Position numbers and translations under genes: made by a program. Shown in pieces: positions 37,801-51,457 of a stretch of 64,000 nt of DNA (positions are counted from its first letter, which is position 1; the number at the start of each line of letters is the position of its first letter). Where the stretch lies: contig CAJFCJ010000005.1 of assembly GCA_904063045.1 (NCBI GenBank), positions 544,685 to 608,684 of the forward strand, in the 5' to 3' direction. The stretch comes from Dimorphilus gyrociliatus. Lineage: Eukaryota; Animalia; Annelida. The notes under the pieces are model-generated. The model was not told the DNA's origin. It did no database searches and saw only the letters and a list, made by a program, of their open reading frames with translations.

Positions 37801-38851
37801 TGGATCCATCCAGTATCGAATTGTAAAGAATTGGTTTATTATAAGCCATTTTTTCAAATGCTACTTTGTTGCAATAGGATAGTATTTTCTCTTTGGTACA
37901 GTTTGTCACATTTAAGTTCTTCTTTTCCCATATGTAATCAAAAATCTCATTATATATCAAATTTAACTGAGAAACGTATTGAAGGCCCCTATTTATCCAT
38001 ATATTAACAACTATAAAGGCTATTAGAGGTGTAGAACAAGCTTTAAATATATCTTTATATTGTTTAAGCTGACTAAGAAATTGTTTACTCTCATCATAAT
38101 ACTCTATAATTCTATTCTTTTCTCCGCTATTTGAATTGCCTACATAAGGGATAATCCTATTAGTAAAATCCAATAGTTGATCTTCTTTAAATCCAAATAT
38201 TTCGAAAATATGCTGAAAATTGTCTGATATTTCAACAGCAGCTTTATTCCTAGCCCAAACAACAATAGGATAGTAGTAGTCATGTTTATTATGAATTATA
38301 TGATAAATTTCGTTCTCCTCGTTTCGTAGTTCGTCTATATGATCGCAAAAGAGTATTATTTTACGTTGGCTATCATTATTTTGACATTGGAATATTGTCA
38401 CTAAATCATCTTTTAACTTTGGCTCTTGCCTAACTTGACTTGGAAAATTTTGTTGAATTAACGAATCAATCATTGTTTCTTTCCGCTTAATTAGAGATAA
38501 ATCTAATTTAAGTATAAGATAGTCGCTAAGAAACTCATCTGTAGCGTATAGTAAGAGTATTTTTCGAATGTGAAAACTCTTACCGATTCCGGTTTTACCT
38601 CTTAATAGAATTCTTTTGTTTTCCGCAATTAACTCTGATAGAAAGGACGTAGAATCCTTTAAGTATTCTAATCTATCCGAAAAGACTTTTGAAACAGTTA
38701 CAGACGTATAAATATTATGAAAAAACATTCTCCTTTCGCTGAAAGGCAATCCTTCAACATCCTTCAAGTTCGTACGAATAAACTCTTTCACTAGACGCTT
38801 TAAACTTTCAATTATATCCCGAGTATTCTCCTCTTGTGTAAGACTGCTCAT
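34828..38851 (-). CDS. NACHT-LRR (NLR-type) protein, 2 exons (38851-37066, 37016-34828), ~1324 aa
   Basis: Pre-NACHT NIYTSVTV, Walker A GKTGIGKS, Walker B IILFCDHIDE, sensor-1-like IVVWARN, helical-domain STPL, winged-helix-like FSYGIFYEYFCAQY. Many ribonuclease-inhibitor-type LRRs (LKVLNIGGNMI, LRELDLSDNSFG, LSVLDISYNTFG). A 49-nt GT-AG intron at 37017-37065 joins the two ORFs in frame. Confidence 0.9.
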
Positions 38852-39571
38852 TCTCGTAGACGCTGCTAACAGTCTCAGTTTAAAAACCTTTCCTTATTTA
38901 TCTGTTAAACCAGTTGTTAAACACAGAAGCGGTTATGTAAATATGCAAAAAACATTTTAAGGTTTTACTTCTGTAACAGGCCAAAGGTACGTTTCTTTTT
39001 TTCTCCATATTGCTTGGCCTTTTAACTAAATATTGATGATTCATTTATTTTTATTGAATAAAGTGACTTATGACCTAAAACTAGATTAAGAAATCACCTA
39101 AAGTCTAACAAGACTTCTACTTATAGTGTATGTGTACAAGCTGCCGCATTACTCTTCTATCGTGACAAAGACATCTTAAATCATTTGTTTAGTAGAGCCA
39201 AACAGAAGAAAGTTTACATTGTTACTTTAATATTTATTAATTAATGAAATTTATATTGTTAAGTATGGAGTACATTATTCTATTTAAGCAAACACGTTGC
39301 CCAGTACAACAAGGTGAAGAGAAACGCAAATTGTACCAATTCAATGGCCATCCGGCCCAGTTGTGTTTTGTGATTTGTAGTCGAGTGAAATAATACAGTA
39401 TATCTTAATACAGAGTAAAATTAAACGTTTCTTCTCACAGCTAATATGAATGAAGACCCTTTAGTTCAAGTCAGCAGCTCTTGCACTCATTTACTCTAGT
39501 TGAAGTAATTTATTCATTAATAATTAATATTTATAGACTTTTATAAGTAAAACATTCACTTTTCTTCCTTT

Positions 39572-40868
39572 CTAACATTTATTTATGTCTAGTGAGCATG
39601 TTTTATGAAAAGTAAAGGACCCATTAGCGACAATCAATTGATTATTATCTTTCTCTTTAAAGTATAACGAAAAAGAGGACATATTGTTAGCAACAACACT
39701 AGTACAATTCAATAAATTATTGCATACGTCAAAACATTCAACAAACCGATTGCATAACTTATCTGATGCGTAAAAGCCTAAAAGTTTATCGCTAGTTGGA
39801 TAGAGTATAAAGTTTTCATAACAGTTACTATAGCCTATAACATAAATATCTATAAATGTAAATTCTTGCTGTGATTTAATCACAACAGAATTACCAACAA
39901 TTGGAGAAGAACAGTTAAGTGAATAATGATACTTTTCAAATGTCTTTATATAATCTTTCGTTGCCTCTAAACACAATGACAAATTCCAATAATCTAATGG
40001 TCCGTTATTTACATATACTAGAAGAGGCGACGGCAATGTTTCAAAAGTACTTATGACGATACCTTCGATCTGGGCGCAATCTTCCAATCTAATTATAAAC
40101 TCTCGGAAATATGCATCGGAAGGTAGCGAATACCTTAACGAGTCAGCGTCCAAAATCTCATCTACATTTTCTCCCTCAACGGAGGCTGTATTTGAAGAAA
40201 CTTTTATATAATATTTAATAAATAATAGCGGCGTCTCTTTTCTTTCTTTTTACCTATTATCAATAGATTTTCGTTTATAATCGCAGCAGATATGAAATGA
40301 TAACTATATCTCGATAAATCTCTAAATAAAACCCTTTCCTTGTTAAACGAAGCAGTATCCGAAATAGATACAATTGAAAAAGGATATAGGCTCCCAAATC
40401 GTTCAACATTTGACAAGTATGATATGCATGTAAACTGACTCTTTGGTTGTACACCAATTACATCATTCTTTTCAACTTTTGTTATTACATCAACTAGGAA
40501 AGATGTTATATTATTCAAGTTTCCAGATGGTACGGAAGTTGAGCTAATTAGACTATATTTGCCATCATTTTGCTCTCTCCAAATACCTGAATGAATGAAG
40601 AAAGTATATCTTAAAATGGACAGCAGTCGCCAATTATTAAATATTAATAATTACCAAGACTACACTCCAGATCATTACTCCTAATAAATTCCCAACCGAT
40701 GAGATATCCATCTTGCCCTAATGAGACATTCTTCAAGAGTATTTTATTTTCTATTCCTTTGGTTTCAACACCACTTTTTGGTAGGTCTAGAGAAGCATTT
40801 TCAGGATAAAAATTAAAGAGTAAGTTAGCCGTCGATCGGTATATCATTAGGATTTCTATAAAGAACAT
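39572..40868 (-). CDS. Unrecognised secreted family member 2, multi-exon
   Basis: ORF 40644-40868 (QDGYLIGWEFIRSNDLECSLG), exon IWREND... joined to ORF 40204-40518, ORF 39572-40153 (LNCSSPIVGNSVVI, CNRFVECFDVCNNLLNC). Confidence 0.75.
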
Positions 40869-41472
40869 TTACTTGAATTGATTCGTAAGTTCTCGATTAA
40901 ATTAGGCAACTTACTAAGCAACATATAAAAGACACGGCTGTTCATTTTTGGCTGATACTGCTATAAATGACCATCTAGAATTTTACCCTTAATGGATTGC
41001 TTTGTTTTCAGAACAAAAGATTGCTTCAATATTAAGAAAGAGCAAAAGTAGCCACTTTGCTATTAAAGCCAATAAACACATTTGGAGTTTATCACGTGAC
41101 TATTTACAAAAATAGTTTATTAATGTGAATTAGCCTACGGCATTGTTGATTAATTAATGAGGATTTTATTACGAATTTAACAGATTAATTGGGATTAAAA
41201 AGAAGAGATATTATTTATTCTATTTCTTCTATTACTTTAAGCTGAACGTTTTCCTAACTAATTCCATCAACTAATTTACTCTTTTATCACTCAGATAGTA
41301 AATTACGCAAATAATTAGAATCTTTTTGTAAAAGTATAGATGGCGTTAATAGTTTGCTCTACGAATTCAAAATAGGAAATTTTGTTCATAATTTCACCAT
41401 TTATTCAAATATTGTCTCAATAAAATACGTAAACTGTATAAACTATAAGTAAAAGTAAAAAAAAAAAAATTT

Positions 41473-41544
41473 TAGCAGAGCGTGGTTTCGATCCACGGAC
41501 CTCTGGGTTATGGGCCCAGCACGCTTCCACTGCGCCACTCTGCT
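41473..41544 (-). tRNA. trnMi-CAU: Initiator tRNA-Met(CAT)
   Basis: A1-T72 pair, three G-C pairs in the anticodon stem (TGGG-CC-CAT-AA-CCCA), GATCGAAA T loop (A54), all eukaryotic initiator hallmarks. Confidence 0.97.
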
Positions 41545-41837
41545 AAGTTACCTTAAGGGACGAAAACAATGGATAAATTCCACCAGATAATCTAAATATT
41601 TTCAATCATAAGCTCAAATTTAAAGTAGAAAACATTAGAGAACGCAAGAAAGCGAATTTTTCTAGAAATTGGAAGTCGATAAAGTATCGTTACGCTGGAA
41701 CAGATGTTGAAAAATCTTACTGAAAAAAGTATTTAAAAACTTATGCTTGAACAGGTTATTCAAACATTATATAAAAGAAAAAAGATTTTATTCAATATTT
41801 TATCTACTACAAGCATATGCTATAAAAAAAAAATGTA

Positions 41838-41928
41838 CATCTCCGGTGGGACTCGAACCCACAGCCTCCGAATAACCTCGCTCTAGCCTACTAGAAGTCC
41901 GACGCGCTATCCATTGCGCCACGGAGAC
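41838..41928 (-). tRNA. trnR-UCU: tRNA-Arg(TCT), copy 1, 18-nt intron (GTAGGCTAGAGCGAGGTT)
   Basis: GTCTCCG/CGGAGAT-G acceptor, TCGGA-CT-TCT-A[intron]A-TTCGG. Confidence 0.93.
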
Positions 41929-42190
41929 GTTCTGAAATCAATGGTCATTTTTTAAAACATATTTGTCAACTATATTGCTTTTTTTGAATTATCATTTCAA
42001 TCTTGTACTAATTACGTAACAACGTCATTATCATAAAATTTTGGAATACAATTGTTAAATTTAATGAAAATCTACTCGAGTTTTAGAAAATTCCAAACGA
42101 ATTTTAAAGCGAATGAGATGAATTAAACAACTTGAAATAAAAATACAAAAGTTCCATCTTTTTTGAAGGGTTTAAAAAGGAAAAAGTATA

Positions 42191-42281
42191 CATCTCCGGT
42201 GGGACTCGAACCCACAGCCTCCGAATAACCTCGTTCTAGCCTACTAGAAGTCCGACGCGCTATCCATTGCGCCACGGAGAC
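42191..42281 (-). tRNA. trnR-UCU: tRNA-Arg(TCT), copy 2, 18-nt intron
   Basis: Same body; intron GTAGGCTAGAACGAGGTT. Confidence 0.93.
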
Positions 42282-42659
42282 GTTCTTGAAATGTTACGGA
42301 TATATTTTGGGATTTATTTTCACTTTTCCCAAGTGATATTTCATCAATTTATTGCAGTTGGTTAAGTTTACATGTTGATGCAGAATAAACGTACTAGAAA
42401 TGATTATATATCTATCTACTTGTTTCTTATCTTGGGATTAAAATGATAAAGAAAAAAAGACTAAAGCATCTCAAATATTCTTAAACTTCTGTTATCTTTC
42501 TTATGAAAAGCTCTTTTTTTTTAATGAAAAATTTCCCTTTAGGAATAATTTATTCAAGTGAATAGAACGTAAGCATAGAAAGTAGATTGCATGGAATTCA
42601 AAGAAGTCAATATACGAAATAAATTATTATTTAAAAACAGTTGTTTTACTTATAAGAAC

Positions 42660-42750
42660 GTCTCCGTGGCGCAATGGATAGCGCGTCGGACTTCTAGTAG
42701 GCTAGAACGAGGTTATTCGGAGGCTGTGGGTTCGAGTCCCACCGGAGATG
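42660..42750 (+). tRNA. trnR-UCU: tRNA-Arg(TCT), copy 3, 18-nt intron
   Basis: Exact reverse complement of copy 2. Confidence 0.93.
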
Positions 42751-43702
42751 TCTGAGATTTTTTTGCTCAAATCCAATTCATAATTGTATCAAGATGATAA
42801 TGCCGTTGTGTAATACATTAAGTATTATAAAGATCAAATAAAGAATATAGATAAGTTCAATAATCAATAAAACACATTAAAGACATTCACAAAGTAGAAG
42901 ATCAGGATTGATTAGCAAACTCTAAACGATTGAAGAATGAACATGCTGGAAATAAGTAACAACTTTAATTCTCTTGAATTGAGCACACAATGTCTCCTCT
43001 TGCTGTTTCTCTGGTTTGAAGATGAGAATTAGTGTCATCAAAAGACAAATATTGTATTTCATCCATAAAGAAGGTTAAACACGAATAATAATCGAACAGT
43101 TGGATGTTTTTTTATCGATCGATTGAAACCTTGTAGGCGGTTTCTTTGTTCAAAGTATTAATCATAAAACCATATTTACTAGCAAACACTAAAATTAAAA
43201 CACTTTTAAAAGTGTTAATCATTTAAACTAAGAATATTTCATGTCAATAAAAGATTTAATAATTGGTTCATTAATTGGTTTTTATCTTCTATGGACAGTA
43301 AATAGTTCAGATTTTAATAATACATTATTATAAAATGAAGTAAACAGTACTGCTTCTACTTTAAATGAAACTTGTCTTTCTTACGTTTTAAATGGAAATT
43401 TTGATTATGATTCTACTGAATTGAACGATAGTATGTTCAAGGGCAACATACTCAAGTTTAGCGGTGACATTTCCTGGATAGGGTATTGATTTTAGATTGA
43501 TAACTCGAAATTTCCCCTGAGAAATGAAATTGAATGAAAGAAGGATACAATTATTCATTCGATATTTGTGACAGAGAAATGTGATCAATTACTTATGATC
43601 GATTGAGCAAAGTTCCGGTAATATGTTTGGCAAAAGATTATGTCAATGACATTAAATCTATCAGAAAAGCAGGTAATCTCTTATTTTATTTCCCAGAGAG
43701 AG

Positions 43703-43760
43703 AGGCAGATAGACAGACAGACAGACAGACATACAGACATACAGACAAAGAGAGAGAGAG
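43703..43760. repeat. (AGAC)n/(AG)n microsatellite
   Basis: agagaggcagatagacagacagacagacagacatacagacatacagacaaagagagagagag, just upstream of the ATG at 43786. Confidence 0.85.
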
Positions 43761-43785
43761 TAGAGAATACGCAAGCGATATTCAA

Positions 43786-44619
43786 ATGAAAATTATTATC
43801 TTTAATCTAATTCTCTTAAACGGCATTTTAGGTTGGAGATATAGTGAATTAAACTAATAAATAGAATTTTATCTCACTATCCTCTTTATTAAACAGGAAG
43901 AAAACAATGGCTTTTCAAAGATTCAAACACTGTAATATTATACGACTGGCATAACATTAGTAGCAGCAGCCCAATAGCAGATTCCACAACAATATTGGAT
44001 ATCGGTGGCAAAAATAAGAATGCCCTGCTATCAGGTAATTCGTTAAAGTATAACGAAGATGGATCGATTTATTTTGGAAAAGACAATTACATGAAGGTTT
44101 GATGAATAAAGTATCCTTTAGATTATTTGTTACATATTTCTAACTTAAAAGATTAACTCGGATCCTGATCTAATACAATCTGGGGATTACACTGTTGAGA
44201 TTATTGCTAAAATCGAATATCCTTCAAGTGATACTTATCAAGTTTATGCTTTAAAGAAAACAGGTCATACAGGTTTTAAAGTATCTAGAAATGGTAATGA
44301 TCTTCTACTCCATACTCCTTTGGGTGGAGGTTACGTCTACATACAAACATCAGTATTTAATCAAACCTACACTTATCTCGCAATTAGTTTTAAACATTCA
44401 ACGAATACTCTTTATTACTATAAAAATGGTCAATTGTTTGGAAATATAAAAATACTAAACTATAAATCTAACAATCCGATTTATGTTGCTTATTGCCAAG
44501 GTTCGTGTGCAAGTAAAGATTTTATTGGTAACATTTATGCTTTAAAATGGTCAAATTCGTATAAAGAATCCAATTACTTTATGGAAACTTGGATAAGAGG
44601 TAATTATATCTTTTTTTAA
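43786..44619 (+). CDS. Secreted LamG/pentraxin-like (concanavalin A-like fold) protein, multi-exon, 3' end uncertain
   Basis: Signal exon MKIIIFNLILLNGILG. Exon VILYDWHN...DIGGKNKNALLSG...GSIYFGKDNYMK. Exon YTVEIIAK...YTYLAISFKHSTNTLYYYKNG...FIGNIYALKWS. All joined by GT-AG introns. Confidence 0.7.
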
Positions 44620-44965
44620 TTATTCTATATCATTATAATCATCAAAACAATCTCATAAGATACTATACAATGCATGTTATTTTCTAGCAACGATATTAGG
44701 CCTATTTATTATATAAAAAGAACGATATGTTCACTAAATAGTACTTTTATTGAAACTAATACACAGAGTATTAGATGGACACTTTTTCTTCTTAAAAGAT
44801 AGACTTTATTATCCTATTAGATGGATTTTATAAAATCTATGATGAAATATAATACTGCAATACCATTAATAACGTAATGTTGTATCCTAAATGCTGTATA
44901 TAATTGTTGAAATTCTCTTTTCAGAAATGTTAACTAGATTTTAATTTATCTATATTTGCAATCAA

Positions 44966-47900
44966 ATGATTTATTATGGCATTCTACCTTTTTTATACTT
45001 TAACTTTGATATTTGCCGAACCTTGTTTTGTGATTCTTTTAAAAAGACTGTCAATTTAGATGAAACTCTTACAAAAGTACATCCAATATTAAAAGAAGAC
45101 GAATATTTTATTATTGGACCTTTGAAAGTCTCTTCGTTAGAGAACAAATCGTACAGTATTGTATATTTTGATCGATACCACACCGGCAAAAGGGAAGACT
45201 TGGTCAATCTTTATCAGAAAGCTTGTGAAAGCAATGGATACGATTCTCTATATCTTCAAAGTTTTTTATGCCCCGAATATAGATGTAGAACCGAAATTGA
45301 TTTAAATATTAAAAAGATTGACAAAAGCTAAACTAATAACTCTTTCCTTCCAACAGATAACAAAGGTGTTTCAATATCCTGCAAAGGAAGATCCATAAAG
45401 AATGATATATGTACAATGTTGTAAACATGATACAAAATATAAAAATAGTAAATTCCTTTATTCGTCCACTTTAACAGAAAGAAAGAACCATGTTCATTAC
45501 CTACAGGAGTTGTATGTTTAAAATGCTTCAAAAAAACGAAAACCTGTTCGGTTTTCTTTACTTTTCAAATGTTAACATTACCTTTGTCATTGATAAGAGA
45601 TTATTTTCAGATTTATTTGCCTTATCTGCTTTAAACAGTATTGCTGCATTTAACATTTATGCTCGTTTTAATTCGGAAACATTTGCTGTTCTATCATTTC
45701 ATAATTATACTTTTAACTGCTTAAAAGTTCTTGAAGTAACTTCATTATCGTTTTATTATGGATTCAATAAAGTGAATACAAGCAAGTTTTGGCTATATGA
45801 AGAAGAATCATTCCAGACATATGATAATAATAGTACTTTTAAAAAACTTGAATGTTTAAGCTTTCTGTCCAGTAAATATATTATTAATTAATAAATATTA
45901 GCTTAAATGTTAACTGTTCAATATTCTTTAATAATTTAGAATCATCTATTGTTGATAGAGACATTTTCTTATATGAAAAGAAATTATCATTCAAGAGAGG
46001 AGTTACTACTCTTTATCCTCTTTATTACTCTGACTATTTAGGCCTACTTTCATTTGGCGTTCAAAATGAAGTATATTTACAACAGCTTGTTGATAAAATA
46101 TGCCGAAGCTATAAACTAAGAGCTTATAATAAAAGACCAGAATCTTGCCTTAAAAGTTCTGATTACTATTTAGACAGAATACCATTGCTTTTACGATGTT
46201 CTATGACAGATATCAGCTTAGGGAGTTGTGACTTTAATACTGAAATATCTTTTGTCACAGTTCTATGCAAAATATATTGTACAAGTAACTTGGGAAAATC
46301 TATAGAAGGTAAATAGTAAAGAATAGAATTGTAAATATACTCTATAAGCTTTTCACATAGAAAATACCTACCGACTTTACAACTCTGAGCATTTATCCAT
46401 TTACGCTGCTAATCATTACGCCAATAAACCTAATATCTTAACTGCTAAATTACAAATATATAAACAAAATTTGTGGTTTGAAATAGCAATATCTCCTTTT
46501 GAACAAAAACAGGCAAAAGTAATAACAAAACATGTAAATAGAACTAGATAAAAGTTTTTTTTTTATATAAACTACGTAGATTGTTTGCAATTATTTCGGT
46601 TATAAATATGGATCATATTCTTATAGAAAAACGGATAATTATTTATATGATTTTATATATGGATTAAAATGTTCCGAAAATCATACAAATATAGAAGATT
46701 GTCTTCAGATTCCCATCGATAAACTACTCTTTTACGAGGAAATTGAACTAAAGTGTACAAACCTTCAAATATTTCATGGTATTACTTTTTTTTTATAGAG
46801 TAACTTCAATAACTTCAATATTCATTAACTAATTTCTTTATAGAATGTTTTACAAACTATCCAAACTCTCTATCTTTCGAAGAGAATTGCTATTTAATGC
46901 TTAATTTTCAAAGGAAAATTTCACACACTTTTGCCGAAAAGTTGTGTAAAAAACAAAATTTGACTCTTATCTCATTTCAAAATGTTCAAGAAGTATACGG
47001 TATGAAATATATGAAACTCTTCTTATCTGGGAAAAGAGTACAAATGTCATATGAAAATAATGTTCCAAGCTGGAAAAAGAAAAAGAAAAGTCAATACTAT
47101 ACTCTGATGAAATTTATTTAAATTAAATATGTATCCTTTTCATTTTTAGCTCTAGATTTTCAAATTGGAAATCTACCAATTGGTATGTTACTTTAAAATA
47201 GACAATTCAATAGGAAAAGCTCTTTGATTAATATGCGTCACTTTTTATAATTCTATAATAGCTTCTAAGTATATTAAAGATATATCTGGTAATGTATTTA
47301 AGGTAACAGCGGATGGCCTACCTATTGATTTACCTGGCTTAATTACAATTAAATATATTACGTAATTATTAACTTTTATCTCTTTTTCAATGCAAATTGC
47401 CGTACAATAATATAAACTTTATGAAATTTCAAATAGGCAAAAATTATATAAATCCGTGGCTTGTTCAAAAGTATTTCGGCAACACTATGAAACTCTATCA
47501 CACTTTAAAGACGATACAGATTGTATTTCAATCAGTGAGGATGGCTATACAAAAGTTCCATGTAGTTATCAAATCTTTCATACTGTTTTTTGCGAATCGT
47601 CGAAAAGAGAATGTATTCGTTTTAAAACTTTATTATCAGTAGAATAAATAAAATGCTTTGATTTTACAATAGATATACAACGATTAAACTGGAATTCATT
47701 ACTGTCTATAAAGCCGGTTGAATGCCCAAAAAATCTATTTATTTGTAAAAAAGTCAATTACTGTATTAGTCTTTTGAATGTTTGCGATTTCTTAAAAGAT
47801 TGTCCGTTTGGAGACGATGAAGAAAACTGTACATATTCCTCTTCTTTTCAATGTTCAACATTCGGAGAGAATGTCAGCTTTCAGTTTGTTTGCGATCACA

Positions 47901-50900
47901 TAACTGATTGTCAAAATGGAGCAGATGAGGCAGACTGCGGTAAACTCTTTGTATCATATTAAAATGGGTATACTGTATTATATTTTTTATATTGTTCCTG
48001 TTCCTTTAGCCTTCGAATGCAATGAAAATGAGTAAGTCACTCGCTTTCATCCCTACCACAAGATAGTTTCCATATTAATAATTTCAGATTCAAATGTAAG
48101 AATAATGAATGTATACCGAAGGAATTTGTATGCGATCAAGAAAAGCATTGTACAGATTCTACAGATGAAGTGTGTTCAAGTTGGTTGAAAATATTTCATT
48201 TTCTTTAATTGATAGAGAAGTCTAAAAATAAAAATATCAATAGATTGTAGTATAGTCTGTAATAATTATTGCTTACGAGAAACGGATGTTTGCGATCTAA
48301 AGCAGAGTTGCGCAACTAATTTAGAAGACGAAAAGGGTGAAGTTTGTGAAAAAAGGCTAAATTTAGACATTTGGAAAGATCGAGCATGGTTTATAACAAC
48401 ATAAATTCTTCCTTTCAGGGAATAAAATGATTGCAATTAAGATAAAATTTTTAAACAATAGGTTTAGTAGCTTCTTTACTTGTTACGAAACTATATTGAA
48501 AGAGAAATTCCTCCGAGCAAATAACTACTTGAGAAATCATTCTAAAACTATCTGCTCAGTTAAGTTAAATTATCGAGGGGAGTTGATAACCAAGACACAC
48601 TATCCTTTTGATGAACTATCCAGTTGTTCCGATTTTCAATGTTCACTTGGAGAATTAAAATGTAGAGGCGTCGGATATTGCGTCTCTTTAGAATATATTT
48701 GCGATGGAATAACTCATTGCGCTTTTGGCGATGATGAATTTCAATGCGGTAAATCTATTTATTAATAAACTAACAGGAAATCTCTAATTATAATTATAAT
48801 CAATGAACTATACTTTCATATTAAAAGATCAATTTCAACCAATTGGTTCTTATAAATGTCGACTTGTAAGGAAGTTTATTAATATTTTTCAAGTTTGCGA
48901 TAAAAAAATAGATTGTTTAAACGGAGATGATGAAAAGTTTTGCTTCGATTTTGATCCATATCAATGCCATCGATCTTGTAATTGTACTCATAAAATTGTT
49001 ATGGAATGTAGTCTACCGACTACAGAAGAAACTGTTGTACATATTCATAAATTTATTAAAAGAGTTACGTTATTGAATTTTCAAAGTGTTCATACTCTAA
49101 ATATTTCCAAATCATTATCAATCTCGTATTTAAATATATCACAGAGTAATCTTGAACATTTCTTTAATTTCGATTGTAGAAATCTGATTATTCTTGATCT
49201 ACAAAATAATAGAATAACCAATTTATCAATAATTCAAGATATGCGTCTATCTAAATTACAATATTTGAATTTAAGAGATAATCCTATAAAGATGGACATA
49301 AATTCAACATTTAGGCAATTTTACAATTTGATTTATCTAGATATTTCAAAGACAAAAATAATAAGTTTACAATCTACGTTATTCAACGGATTGAAGAATT
49401 TAACAGTTTTAAAAATATTAGATTGTTATATTAACGAAATAGCTATAACTTCTTTCATGCATAGTACCAATATCGAAGTATTGAATATGCAAAGAACTGC
49501 AATTCCTATAGATGTACCAATAACTTTTATAAAACCACTCTACAAGTTGAAATATCTTTATTCAAGTATGTTTGAATTATGTTGCTTTGCCAGCAAATCG
49601 AGTTCTAAGTTGGAAAAATGCTATCCAGAATCTTTATTTAAAACCTGCGACGATTTAATTGGTAATAAATTTCTGCGAGCCGCAATATGGATTGTTAGTA
49701 TCTTTGGTCTTTCTGGTAATTTAATTGCTTTTCTACATTATGTAATAAGCAAAAGAAAGACGAAAACTGTAAAAATGTTCCATCTTGGATTGAATTTATC
49801 CGATTTTGCGATAGATATTTATTTAACAATCATAGCTGCCGTTGATAATTACTATAGAGGTATCTTTCTAGAGCACAGTATTAAATGGAAATATGGAATA
49901 CTCTGTAATTTTCTCGGAGTATTTGCAGCTACTTTTATCCTTTATTCAAATATATGCCTTCTTTATATATCTTTAGATAGATTCTTGGCCCTTTGCTTTC
50001 CATTTTGGCATTTAACCATTAACTTTAAGCGTGTTCCACATCTGATGATTGTATCATTTATTATATTTTTAATCATTTCAATATTGCCCTTGATCATTTT
50101 TAATGTATGTTTTCATGTTTCTAAGGTTGAAAACTGTAAAATTAAAGTCTTTTTTGTAGGATTATTATTCAAGATCAGCAGTCTGCTTACCGATTCATAT
50201 AACGAATGAAACAACGGATGGCTGGCAATTTTCTCTTATAACTTTCGGCCTATATACTTTACTAATATGCTGTCTTATATCTTTTCTATATATATTTATG
50301 ATTTATACAATCGTAATAAAAAACCATACTGTTGCATTGACGACACGTCAGTCGAAAAATAATCGAATTGGTACATCTGCCTGTTTGATTATCTTCTCAA
50401 ATGTAACTTGTTTGCTGCCAATATCAATCGTCGGTATGTTTTTACTCTAAGTAGAAGACAATTCGAGGCTTGTACTCTTAATCTTTGAATTTATTACAAA
50501 AAGGACTCCTAGTGTCTAGAAATCTTATCTTGCTTAACAACGCCATCTATTCTTGGATTATAATCGTGATACTGCCGTTAAACTCTCTTATTAATCCGTA
50601 TACATATTCATTTAGCGAAATACTATCTTATATAAAACTATCAAAAAAGAGGAAGGTTTATATGAGGTAAGATTAACATAAGGATTATATACTGTATAAT
50701 TTATAATATAAATTATCATAGGGGATAATGTCTAGTCTACTGATCACTCATTTTTCCCTTTTCTAGAGAAAATGCCTTAAGGAATAATACATTGGAGGAA
50801 CGGCAGAGTTGTTTGTATAGAATAAACTAGACTATCCAATAAGATTGATTTAGTTCCCTTTTCTTTAAATCAAAGATTTCGAGTTTGTTAAAGATTTCAA

Positions 50901-51297
50901 GAATTTCAATATATTGTATGATTTTGACGAACGGTACGACAATGAGGAATTGATAGTTAGCAAATTACATGTTTACAATATGTATTTTGTCATAATGGAT
51001 ATAACAAGAGCGTTGATAGGTCTACTTGAAAAGAATTTGGCATTCGATGAGAGACATCCATTTGCGGCTATAGTTCATAGAGTATACGCATTCATTTAGT
51101 ATATATTAGAACTGAATAAACTTTCCACTCTATCCTCTTATTAGAAGTATGGCTCTAGATGGAAGACTTTCATTGTATTTTCTCGATTGAAATTCTGCGT
51201 TGAAAGCTCTAGAAGTGAAGAATGTATTATGATTTTAGGATTATATACCAAGAAAATTCTACTTAATTTTGCAATAAAAAAGAACTCTCTACATTAG
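44966..51297 (+). CDS. GRL101/LGR-like receptor paralog 4 (same architecture), multi-exon
   Basis: Signal peptide MIYYGILPFLYFNF. CTL exons at 46850-47647. LDLa at 47774-48765. LRR+TM1-4 in 48803-50209 (FELCC, FKTCDD, ISLDRF). TM7 PLNSLINPYTY. Last exon KYGSRWKTFIVF...NSLH-stop at 51297. Confidence 0.88.
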
Positions 51298-51385
51298 ATA
51301 AAACTAGCTATTTACCGTTTTAATTCTTTTAATATTTACTAAGAGTTATTCAATTTTAAGATCGATGGAAAATGTGTACTTGTAA

Positions 51386-51457
51386 GCCGTGATCGTATAG
51401 TGGTTAGTACTTCTCGTTGTGGCCGAGACAACCCAGGTTCGAATCCTGGTCACGGCA
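51386..51457 (+). tRNA. trnH-GUG: tRNA-His(GTG), copy 2
   Basis: Identical to copy 1, including the 10-nt leader and 24-nt trailer. Confidence 0.97.

Noticed and set aside
34828-38851. NACHT gene as a prokaryotic antiviral STAND (Avs/bNACHT) system
   Set aside because: Spliceosomal intron, RI-type LRRs and animal gene context.
42930-43588. Short minus-strand ORFs (43388-43588 and ~42930-43070)
   Set aside because: Could not be joined into a consistent gene model; no start, signal peptide or domain support.
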